DNA of 64,000 bases from Lingula anatina (lineage: Eukaryota; Animalia; Brachiopoda), in the NCBI GenBank assembly GCA_051362555.1, contig CM120641.1, forward strand, positions 21,514,001 to 21,578,000, read 5' to 3'. The notes beneath the pieces were generated by a model. It made no database searches, was not told where the DNA came from, and was given only the letters and a program-made list of their open reading frames with translations. Position numbers and translations under genes: made by a program. Shown piece by piece: positions 1-11,807 of the stretch (position 1 is its first letter; the number at the start of each line of letters is the position of its first letter).

Positions 1-30
1 GTATACCTCTTCTGTTTTATTATTATTTAG

Positions 31-3000
31 CTTGGGCAGATGATGAGGATCTGCTTCAATATGCTCCTGCCTTTGGAGATGCCTGTATTCCCCTGCCAAT
101 TCCATCCAGCTTCTCTGGTAAGAGCTAGATACATGTAGCAAACCAGTAGAGAAGAGACACTTCCCTCATGAACCTCTTAAAAGCCTCTCTTTTGAACTAA
201 GGGAGAACTGCAGTTGGTTTTTCAATGTCTTTTGTTGTATAAGAATGGTGAAACCATAAATAATTAGACTTTTTAGGAAGCATGACATTTGCTGTAGGAT
301 TGAAATATCAAGCCTCAAAAAGAAGAAAGCATGTTTTGTCTTTTATGAAACCATATACCATTTTGCTGGAATAGAAACTGTATAAAACACCTTTGTAGGA
401 CCAATCTTTGACAGGTTTTGCAGTAAATACACCACGGTTTCTGTATTTTTGTTTTCTTGTTTACCATTGGTTTCTGTGTGTTGCTTTTGGCATTGAATAA
501 ATTTCCTTTTAATATGTACAGATTTATATAGATGGTTGCTCAGATGTTATAGAACTGCTGTATTATTAATACTCATAAACCCCTGCTTATCATTCAAGAA
601 AAAGTGAAAACCAATGTTTTTGTGAAAAAAAATAGAGTGAAAATGTGAGACTACAAATGAAGCCTTGAACATTTAAAACAGTGAAATAAATTATTTTTAA
701 ATGATTCAAAATATAAGTCTCCCAAAGAGCAGCTTCAGTATGTGCTATTTTGATTTTGTGTAGATTTGTAAATATTTTCTTTTGTCTGTAAAGTTGTTAT
801 GATTAGCTTTTTCTGTGCATGCATGTATTGCGTTTGAGGGAAAATGCAGCATGTTGATGCAGCTTCATTTATTTTAAAAGACTTCAGTTATAAAAAGATG
901 TAGAGATGAGAATGTTCCAAATATTTATATTTGATATGATTTGTTTGCAGAAGAACTGTTTGATAAAGGAACCAGCATGTATGATGGGCCGTTTTTCGAG
1001 GATGACCCTCTGTGTCCCTACCCAATGAAGAAGGAGCCAGATGCTAGAAATGAAAGTTTCAGGCAGTATGTTCAGCGCAGCAGCGAATCTGTGTGCGACA
1101 TGGACAGCAATTGTAGTTCCACCCCACCGGTATAGTATCCACTGCAGTTTTTGGTTGTTGTTTGAAAAGAAGTGCTGAAGAGATGAGTTATAAAAATTGT
1201 AAAATATTTTTTTTTTCTAAAAATGTAAGCTGGTCAAACCACTGCAAGTTTTGAAGATCTGCAGGTTTTCTTTTGGTGCTTGAAAAAGTAGTCATAACAT
1301 AAGGATTTTTATGCATGATTGTCATTTGTATATATACATGTAAGAAACACTGTGACAGAAATAGGAAGCATTACAAGTGTCTAGTTCCAATGCTTAGTGT
1401 CTCACCAATTGTTCTTTAGTATGTTTCAATCATATATAGTTTGAAAAACAACAACCGACACTGTTGTAGCAACAAGGTGTCTTTTGTTTTGACCGGTATG
1501 GCAAATGTGACAATGTCTGCTTATTGTTTTTAGTCTGAGCAGCAACATGTTAGCCCAGCTGATACCCCTGCTCCCCCAGAGGCTCTCCAGACACCGGTTA
1601 ATCTGGACAGTGTGATGTTGGACAGACTGAAGGTCAGCGAGACTGGAATCTATGTGGACACCATGGACAATGCAGACGATGTACGTAGTTTTCTTTGAGT
1701 TTTAGTACTGATATTATCAGGCTTTTGCAAGCATTAAAGTATTTCATTTAGACCTAAGAGAATTTTTTAATGTATTTTATCATTTTTTCAACACGTTATG
1801 TTACTATTATTTAATTGACTGGAAAAACAGCTGTTTGGCTTAAAAACCTGACATTTCCATGTGCGCTGTATTCTGTATGGGCATTTCGTAAAACTTTGAA
1901 ACCAACTGTTTGAACTTCAGGGAAATGAACAGGGCTTATGTGCACTTTTGGGTAAACATTTTATCAAAACAGCATTCACAAAATAATTTGTTGTGGTAAC
2001 AAGAGCAAAATACAAGTTTTTAAGTTTTATGTTTCAGAAGAACTCTTTCTGCCATTTAAAACCCCTGAACATAGAATTATTGTTTGTTGTTGTTATTATG
2101 TCATACATGCATTTATCATCAAGGAGAATGCTGCATCTGTTTTGACCTTCTTCTTTTTGTACGTGTGTTCTGTCATGTGTTACTCTACGAAAACACCAAC
2201 AAATGTTGGTCATGTTGACTTTAAACAGATGGAATTAGATACATTTTGGGTCACATGGTCATCATTTCTCTTTTTGTAAGTCAGTATTTGGTTACTTAAA
2301 GCAATTGTTTTAATCTGGAAATTGACAATATGACATTTGGAATATTACTGTACTAAAGGGCTCATTCCCATTAAGACTATCGCTCTACGTAGATTCACTC
2401 AACTCCAGAAGGACTCCCACGAATGAAATCAGTTTAAAAGATGAACACTCCTCCTCTTCTTTCCAACATACTAGTGTAATCACCAGCTCTTCTCTATTCT
2501 ACTCAACTCCAGGAGGAGATGTGTGAGTCTGTTAAGCTGATTGCATTCAGCTAGAGCCCCCACAGAGTTGGATTGATCTATGTAGACAGATAGTTTCAAT
2601 GGGATTGAGCCCAGCATATAACGTTTGTTCTATTTGTGACCAGTGCTTTAAAGAATAGATTGCAAACATCTGTTGTCAAGTTAAACATCCATTTCAAAAA
2701 CAAAACCAGGATTCCATTAACAAAATTTCTCTTCAAAAGGACCTGGAAATTTGCTGCTATGTTTATGCACCAGAGTGCGGACTTTGTTACTATGTGCCTT
2801 TAGTCACACCCTCCTGAGATGTTGCCCTCTGTGAGCACATGGGACTGTAATTTAGTGCAGACAGGCCTCACTGAGTCTGTGATATGTCTGGTTGAGATGG
2901 AAATGATGTGGAACTAATGGAAATATTTTTTGTTCAGTTTTTTTAAATTGATTTTTTGAATGAAAGTGAACGGCTGTTAGATTTCATTTTACTATTTTGT

Positions 3001-6000
3001 AGAATGGCACGTTCCGGGCCTTTTTTTACACACTGTAAAATCTTTTGGAAGAAATATTCTTGATGGACACTTGCATAACATGAACATTTGTATAATTCTG
3101 TCTAACACGAAAAACAGATTTTGATTAACAAAAAAATTTAGGAAATTTGTGAACAGGATGGATGGGAAAATTATTTCTTATTTCATTTCCTTCAGTGATA
3201 ATGGATATTTGTTTAAAATCAATAAGGATAGTCTCTTAGGGTATTCTGTTTGTTCACATTTCATGAAATTCAGACATACCCATCCTTTCAGCAGAATTTG
3301 CAATTTGTGGGCTACCAAGGAAGTGTACATCTCTACTGAACACACCTTGGAAATTCCTCTCTTTCACTAACTTGATGGGATTTTCATTATGTGAAAAATG
3401 AGATTAGAATTATTCTCTGCTTTGGGGATTTTTTTAAAATAAAATATCGTGGAAATGAAAAATTCTTTTAAGTATTAAATTTTATTTTTTTATTTTTAAA
3501 ACTCCCTTTTTTGCAGATATACCATTTGGTCACTGTGTATTTCAATTTGCAATATTAAGTTTGCCACAATTCTTCTATTTTGAATTCTTCATAATTACAT
3601 TCCTCCAATCAACAAGATTAGCTTTCTGGGCTTCAGACATTGCCAGTTGTTAAATTTCCAGATTGTCCACACTGTTCCTCATGTTCTAGCTACCATCATT
3701 TTGTGTTTTGTGGTATTATAGGATGAGATGGAGATGTACATGAGGGCCCCCTACATCCCAATGGATTCTGATCAAGACTTCAGTCTGTTCCACTCCAGCT
3801 TACTACACCCATGTGTGCCAGACAATGAAAATACTGGGTAAGTTTTATTGGCCGTAGAGATAAACAAAATTCACCAATAAGTTGATGAAATTATTGAAAA
3901 TTAATCATTGATTTTCTGCAAGTCCTTTTTTTTTCAAAATGCAAACTTAAGGAGTTTAAAGTTAATTTTCTGGCATCTAAAGGCTTATGCAAAGAGTTAA
4001 TTATTACAGCCTTATCTTTTTTTTTTTATGTTTGTTCTGGAAAAGCTGTATTATAAATAATCGGGATGCTCATGACAAAAAAAAATTTACTAGCTGTTTT
4101 ATTTTAGGGATCGCTTTGCCAGAGGCAGCCAAGGCAATGCTCTCCAGCGTAACAAAGATCCAAATTCTGCCAGTGGTTTGAAGACCATGTTGTGTGGCCC
4201 TCCTCCTGTCTCCAGCACTCGCCTTGCATTTCTGCCCAAGACAAGCCAGCCCCCAGAGCCCACTCACCTGCCACCTATGACCAGCAGCACAAGACAAGTT
4301 CTGTCCAGCAATAAATCCCTGGCCTCTGCCCTGTTAGATAACACAGGCAAATTCTTGGTCAAGCGCAGATGTCCACCACCAGCACCACCACCACCAGATG
4401 GCAGCCCTGTTGCAGCCCCTCCTGCACACAGTAACTTGTGGGTTCGTGACAAGCACCCACTGGGACCAGCAGATCTACAAGAGGGACCGCCGCTCTCCAA
4501 AGTCCTCAGACTGGACACAGGTCAAGGACAGACAAAGAAGGATAGAGTTTTAGGTAAAAAGAAAACTGATAAAAATGCCAGTATTTTGTTTCTAAGATAC
4601 TGTTTAAGTTTTACATATGGAGGGTAGAGATGCATGGTACGTACAAAAAAAAATTTTTTTTTTGAAGGACAGACATCTTGAAATGTCATAATATGCAGAA
4701 GATGTCACAAATATCACTAAGGTGTTTATAGCTCCTCTGTTTCAAGAAATATGAGAATAATTTAACAAAATAACTTGACAAACACAAACAACTTAAACTA
4801 ATTGGCCATGAAATAAAACTGTAAATCTGCAAATGATTGAATAGAGTACTGAAATATGATATGACCAAACTTTAATTTTTGCAACACTTGGATTGGACTA
4901 GGTATACAGTATGCAGTTATATTTCAAGTGTCCAAGACTGAAAAAACAGGGTAGGTAAACATGGCCATTGATATAAACAAAATAAACCATGCTATGGAAA
5001 ATATCATGACTATTGCTGCATCTTCTTTAGCTTCAGAACAAGATCAGAAGAGCACTGTTCTTATGAACCTTCTCCTGCGTGGGGAGGACCAAAACTATGG
5101 CTACAGAGTTCATTCCCAGCAGCCGCAGACCACCCATCAGAAACTGATCAGACCAACCCAGCAAGTGCTTATGGCTAGAAGATATGATAAACATGAGGTA
5201 AACATTGATAATTAGTTGATATCACATGATTGATAAATGGGATAAAAGCTGTCTTAACACAGGTTGTTTCTTAAGTATTTTCTCTGGTATTTGGTTTCTT
5301 AGAATGATAGATCTTGTGGGATCAAGCTTTAATTTTTCCCTCAGATATACCTTAGCAAAGTTATCCTCTGCTTTTAACAATTTTACAATAAATTGTTCAA
5401 AATCTTTAAAATTTTGGGTTCTGAAATATTTTTTTCTCTTGAGAAGTATTCAGGATTGCTTTTTAGTGGACCATTTCTATCTAATTGGTGTGCAAATGTA
5501 TAATTATAATTTACTGTAACATTCAATTTACCTCTCTTAATCTGTAGGTGGATGTAATTATAGTTTAGTGTAACATTAAACTTTCTGAACTTCACATCTG
5601 ATGTTTTTTTGACTAGATAATAAAATTAAATGTTGCTATGATTAACTAAAATTGCTTTTAGTGTAAAAAATTTGACCTTGTGTTTTCAGTTTGATTTTAT
5701 TTAACTAGTATTAGCTATAGGGCAAAGCAATTTCATCTGCTGCCTCTTCATGCAAGAACTAAATTGAAATTCATTTAGCACCTTTCAATTAATTTATGTT
5801 CTGAGTCAATTAGCTTGATTTGGTTTTTACATTTCTTTAATTCATTGATGATTAAACAGTCCTTAATGCCAATTTTTTGATGAAAAAAATCAACCACATT
5901 TGATTTTTTTAATTAAGGAAGTGGAATTGAACAAGTCAACTATTTAGTATATAATCAACAAAGTCCTTGAAATTTGCACTCCCTTCCCTAAACTTACTAA

Positions 6001-7849
6001 ACTCTAACCACAAACTGTTCTTCTTCTGTCTAAATTTTTGATGCACGAACCACAGGACATGCAAGAAATCACGTTTACTTTGAATGATATCTCTGTAATT
6101 GAAATTTGTGTAGCAACTGGGGCACAACTCAACGTGATGTGTTATATATAGTCTATAATGGTATTCTTACTGGGCTGAGATTGGGTTTAGATGAGAACTC
6201 GGTTATGTTCAGAATTTTTTCACTGCTCCAATGTTCCATAATAAGTACATTATCAAACCTAGTTGTATTGTGGCAATGCCAACCTTATTTATTATACTTT
6301 AAATTACTTTTTTTTTTTTTTTTGGGGGGGGGGGGGAGGCAAAGTGATATTTAGACCAATTGATAGAAAGACTTAAAGTTTGAATCTTAAATCATGTTTT
6401 ACTTGTAGTATAACATATTTTAGGTATTTCAAGTTTTGTTAGTCTTTGTACATAAGAGTTCTCTAGAATTCATTTGTCAATTCAACATGTTATAACTTTT
6501 TGAATTGGAAATTTTAAAAATCAAGTATCACTTCTGCATGGTATTAGTCTCCAAATTTAATATTTTGACAAATCAGTTACTAATAAATATTGATTGGTCC
6601 AGTCAGTGATTAAAAAAAATGTTATTCACTATTGCTCTTGATAAAATGCTTTAATGGTCAATTGCCCATTAAGAAAAGATTGCGATTTCTTTATAATTTT
6701 ACACTGTGCATCTGTCTTCTTTCTCTGAGCCATCTTTCTTTCTGTAGAATGGCAGCCATCCCTGCATGTTGATGCTGGTAACATTTGAATTTTGCTTTTT
6801 GTTGCTTTGTTGCTTTGAGTCATTTATTATTCTAGTTATGTGAACGAGTGTTGTCTGCTTTTATGAAATATCCCTTACAACCGATGCACCTGATATATTG
6901 GGAAAAAAAAAAAAAAGAATTTGACGATTGTATACCAAAGATATCTCTGCAGGTGCTGCCATCTTTTGGTTCACAATGCTGAAATCATTGTATTGCACTG
7001 GGCATCTGTACAGGGCAGTGTGAAAGCTATGCTAGCCAGTTGGGATAGATTTTTCTTGGTTAAAGGGGTTTACTAAAAATGATGTTGCAGGAGGTGAATG
7101 ATTTTTTTTTTTTTTTTTTTTTTTTGGTGATTGAGATTTTCAAATAAAGCAGCAATGTCTTGAGACAGGTTCAGACACAGATTATTAGATTGCCCCTGTA
7201 ACTTCATCTAAACTTTTATTTGATCAGGTTAATCTCTGTCTGAGCTCTCCTTTTGTCTGTGTTTTTTGCACCTGATATTATGCCACTGGAATATAACCTG
7301 CTTGCACTCTATATGTTCTCCTTTGTGTGGTTCTCTTTGCAGAGTTCTCAGTCTCCACAGCACTGACTGGACTAGATTCTAGGAAAAGGTAGTAATACTG
7401 AATGCATACTTCCATTTCCATAGAGATCTCAGTAATATCAGATGTACTAACATATAGGCATAATGCACTGTGATGCTCATGCAGTGTAGCTCTAACATCA
7501 GCCATATACATATTTATATGCAGGGCGATATATACACATACTGGTAATGTTAGACCTGTAAGACTTGAACACCTTTGTTCCTTTATTTTTTTCAATGTTA
7601 AGTTTTCTACATTTTTCTTCACAGACATGGGGCCCCCATCATGAACATAGCAACCATCACCACCACCACCCACAGCAGCGACATGATCTATTTCCATCCA
7701 TAACTGAAACCGATATTGAGATGAACACGGCTCCTCCAATGACAGCACATGTGGCACACTTGCTCAGTGGAGAAGAACTGTTGAAAGCACTGGATTCTTC
7801 CTCCTCTGCCAGTGGTGGGCACCACCACCACCACCACCACCACTTCTAG
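31..7849 (+). CDS. HIF1A: Hypoxia-inducible factor alpha (HIF-alpha/Sima-like), 3' portion; bHLH-PAS exons lie upstream of the window
   Basis: Frame-consistent GT-AG exons 31-117, 951-1129, 1534-1680, 3722-3837, 4108-4553, 5031-5197, 7625-7849 (TAG). They encode NODD-like DEDLLQYAPAFGDACIPL, CODD-like DEMEMYMRAPYIPMDSDQDF, a STVLMNLLLRGEDQNYGY segment and C-TAD-like LFPSITETDIEMNTAPP...LLSGEELLKALD (human LPQLTSYDCEVNAP...LLQGEELLRALD). The symbol denotes the HIF-alpha family; 1:1 orthology is not shown. Confidence 0.92.
2358..2612. mobile_element. ~255-bp MITE-like element (family A, copy 1) in a HIF-alpha intron
   Basis: Imperfect ~60-bp TIRs (gggctcattcccattaagactatc... / ...gatagtttcaatgggattgagccc). 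Termini and interior (aatcaccagctcttctctattc, gttaagctgattgcattcagc) align with the element at 51863-52116. Confidence 0.75.
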
Positions 7850-7905
7850 CTGGTCACCATTGTCTGAGTGCTACAGCTATTCTAAAAGGGTACAAGTTAA
7901 TAGAA

Positions 7906-7966
7906 ACCAGGTGTAATTAGTCTTGTAACCTTGTATAAGTCTTATAACCTGGTATAGGTCTTGTAT
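7906..7966 (+). repeat. Degenerate ~19-bp tandem repeat (~3 units) just after the HIF-alpha stop
   Basis: aaccaggtgtaattagtcttgt / aaccttgtataagtcttat / aacctggtataggtcttgt. Confidence 0.55.
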
Positions 7967-10900
7967 TCCACTGATCTCATACTGAATATACGCAACATGC
8001 TCATAGGCCAAATTATGCTACCAAGCTGCCGAAATGAGCACACATACTCCTTGCTGTAAATGTGATCTCATTCACAAAATTTGCAACATATTTCCATATC
8101 CTGGGTGACAAACTTTATACCTAATTAAACTTGATTCCTTAACCCGTGATACATTGACATTTGGTGACACTGGGATCACTTACAGTTAGTGCTTGCTATG
8201 TGACACAGGTAACATGTGACAATATTGGTGGTTATTAACAGTTGGTGACACCCTTTTCATTTTGACTGTCAAGTGACATGAATGCTAGTGCCTGATTATA
8301 TTTGACACAGGTGGTTTTGACACTAGTGTTGCTTCCTGACTTGTCACTTAATGCAGTTTGTTGACTCCTGATACCTGATGATACACAATTGAAATTAGCT
8401 GAAACTTGTATGTTAAGTGACGTGTAAGGCATTTGGCACATGTGCCATTTCTATAAAGTAGTTGTGACTGTCAGTTGACACTACAGGGAGGCTGTTAGCG
8501 CCTGACACAAGTGGCCTATAGTGACACTGATAAGAGGTTGGTAACTGCCAGATTGGACAACTCGAATAACACAACAAATACACTTGACATTTACAGGAGG
8601 GATCAATATCTGTAGCTGTCTAAAGCACATTAACCTTTACTATTGTAAATTGTTTAAGTGAAAAATGGTATGATTTCTATAAATTATATATTGAAGTTAT
8701 AATTGTATTAAGTTTGATTGTCATGGTGTGAGATGGTGATTGGACTTGTAAATACTGAGATGCAGGAACAGGAAAAGAGATTTGTCAGTGCTTTTTTGTT
8801 TTTGAGTTCAAGTGCTTGTTAAAGAAAGGATTCAGATTAAAAGTTAAAGGAATTGTGTTGCTTCGACAATTATCTTTACATCTTATATGATAATAATATA
8901 AACAGACTCTGATCCCATGGTCTTTTAGCACTATTTTAATGTACTGCTAAGATGTGGGCACCAGACCATTATTTTTGGATTGTTGTTTTTCGTAACAAGG
9001 ATTTTCGAAATAAGTGTAAAGGTAGTGGATTTGTCTGATGCAGTCTGTCAATAGATTCAATCTATTGACTGGAGTTTTGAGAGGAGTTTAAGTTCGCTCT
9101 ATTAACTTTATTAGTGACAATTTTAAGTGTTGCATATTACATCTATTACTCTGGTAGAGCACCTTGAAATAATATATAAGAGTTTAGCCTGGTATATAAA
9201 CTTTTTGTACGTACACTTGAACAGTGTAGGTCTTTTAACTAGGATAACAGTTGGTATTTATAAGCATCTGCTTAGCTAAGCTGTATATGTAAGCTTTATA
9301 GTGCAGGTATAAGAGAAGTATATGTGGCCTGCACCTACATGCATATGCTAAGATATATTTTATTGTATATGTGAAGTTTATTTATCAATTTTATCGCAAA
9401 GGGCATTGTTTTTATTTATTTGGTAATTTCCTTTTCAGTTCAACTGCCGTGTCATGCTGGTAATGCTGAACTTGACTTTGCACACACACTATTTATTCTA
9501 CCAGTTTTTGCTGAATTCATTCAATATCAAGTTGAAATTGAATCCAGTTTGTTTGGTAAACTTTTCACTACAGCATAAAATTCTATAGAAAGCATTGGTC
9601 TAAAATGGAAAATCTTTTACCCACAATTTATGGAATGATGCAAGATGGATTATCTCCATAAAATGTAGATACTTGTGCATGCATGCTTGGTATGCTTTAT
9701 ATTATCGTTGTTATTATTATTATTAAGTATATAAAAACATTTTAATATTTGTTTCAGCCTTTATGTACAGTCCACATAGCTAATATTCTGTCTGTCAATT
9801 AGATGTTGTTTTTGGTTAAAAGTTATGAAAGATTTAGCAATCAAAGAATATATGCCATCAAAAAGTTTAACAACTATTCGATTTTCAGTCCCCCCCCCCC
9901 CCCCATCCAGATCAAGTGACATGCTACAGATAATGTTACATGTAAATCTTTGTTGTATATCATAAGTGATTCTGAGACAGTTAAGCTTAACGTGTATATT
10001 TGAAAAAAAAAATAGTTCATACCTGTGCAACATGCTTTTGATAAATTGCTGTTCATGTTGAACAGAAATCTACTTTACCACAGTTAATATCACATGTAAA
10101 ATACAATATATTTTAGATAATATTAAATACCTTATGGAGAAACTGCATCATTGTTCTTTAACCTCTTTAGTGAATTAGTTTCAGACATGAACTAATTTTT
10201 TTTTTTTTTTTTTTGTAAAATTATAACAATTATTCAAGAAATGAATTGTTTTAGAATGCATTTTTCATTAATAACTTGAGTTCTTTGCTTTTGATAAAAT
10301 GCATTAATGAGTCTCATTCAAATTTAAGGTGAGAAGTATGATTATTGTCTCATTCATGTTTAATGGAGACAGAGTTGACTTTTGATCTAGCATTGTTAGA
10401 TACAGAGTATGTAAGACAAAAAAAAACACATTTTGAGATCAGATACCATCGAGTTCTTTTATTACATGTAAAGGTTGAACCAGTCTGTTTTTATTTTTAA
10501 AAAAGGATCTACTTTCAGTGTTTTTATTTATTTGGTTCAGTGAATTGTTCATTTTTGTAATTATTTTACACAGTGAATTGATGTCAACGTGGCACTGAAT
10601 GCGTCTTGTCTGTATCACTATGAAATAAAAAGGATATGGTGTTTTCTCCATAACCTGTGTTTTTTGCGTTTTATTTGTACACATGGCCATGTATCTAGGG
10701 GAAATGGGGGCTAGGAAACAGCAAGTTCATGTATTTGAAGTTAGACAATGATTGAGTTAGACATTGGTTGACCAGTCTCAACCCTTGAATATAATGACAG
10801 CACAAGTATATACTTTTTGGACTGAATTCCATTTGTCTGCGACACTGGGGAATGCAAACAAAAAAAATAGTAAAACATTTTCCTTTAGTATGTACATTAC

Positions 10901-11099
10901 AAATCATCATGTCTGTACACAGCCATCAACAATGACACCGTGCTCTTTCAGAAATGACAGTAGAATGTTAGTGGAAATTAAAACCGTTTGACCGATTTTG
11001 TTCAAACTTGTAGAACTGACTCTTAAATATATAGAATGCAGTCATGGTGCAGTTGCACAGGTTAGAATACAATGCACCATCTGATATTCAATGGGCATG

Positions 11100-11750
11100 C
11101 ATGAGTAAAACATTCGTAAAACATTCGGGAACGCTCTCAGAATTTTTAATGTACATTCTTTAGATATATAAGAATTAGAAAAGATTTTTCATTCCGACGA
11201 CTTCTAGCTCATACCACTATAGTGACGAGGGTATTAGTATAGGAAATTGCGAAAGTGTGTAGGCTATAACTAGGGAAACATGCGGGTGCACGTGGGTCAT
11301 ATAACAGCTTTGTCACGGAGGGAGTATACTGGAACAGCCACAGCAGCAACATGGCGGCACCCATCCTTAGCAACGGAGACTCCTGGAAAGGTCTAAACTT
11401 TGTAATTAGAGGATGTTGCAAACCTTAAGAGTGGAGATATAGTATAAATCTTTACATCTATAAGAAGAGTAACGTCGTTGCACAAAAATTTGTGCCCAAC
11501 CGGATAAAAGGGCCCGTCCCAGAGCACCTAGTCCCAGCTACCGTGGACAGAAGCACCTGCAGCAATGAAAGGTACTAATTAGCTTTGTACGGAATTAAAT
11601 ATTTAAAACTAAACTGTCTAAGTTGTTTGTCATTTATATTGCTCACAATTGTATAGGCAGGTATTTGTTAATCTCAGTCTTTATTTTGAATGTCTGAAGA
11701 ATGTTTTTAAGCCGCGTCCTGGATAATAAGGTAAGCCCTATTAGTAGTCG
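11100..11750 (+). promoter_or_regulatory. CpG-retaining promoter/first-exon region of the RGS22-like gene
   Basis: Local excess of CpG relative to the flanks. CACGTG at 11289-11294, YY1-like AACATGGCGG at 11348-11357, and X-box-like half sites (ctagggaaac ~11270, ccttagcaac ~11365). Confidence 0.55.
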
Positions 11751-11764
11751 TTCAAATTCAGTCT

Positions 11765-11807
<43 letters not shown>

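Noticed and set aside
4070-4518. Antisense ORFs over the Pro-rich HIF exon (also 7278-7757)
   Set aside because: Explained by the codon composition of the sense-strand exons.
6991-7012. tattgcact, resembling the miR-92 5' end
   Set aside because: The remainder does not match miR-92 and no convincing pre-miRNA hairpin is seen.
8780-9230. CAGTGN loops as possible iron-responsive elements in the HIF 3' UTR
   Set aside because: Flanking bases do not form the 5-bp upper stem with a bulged C.
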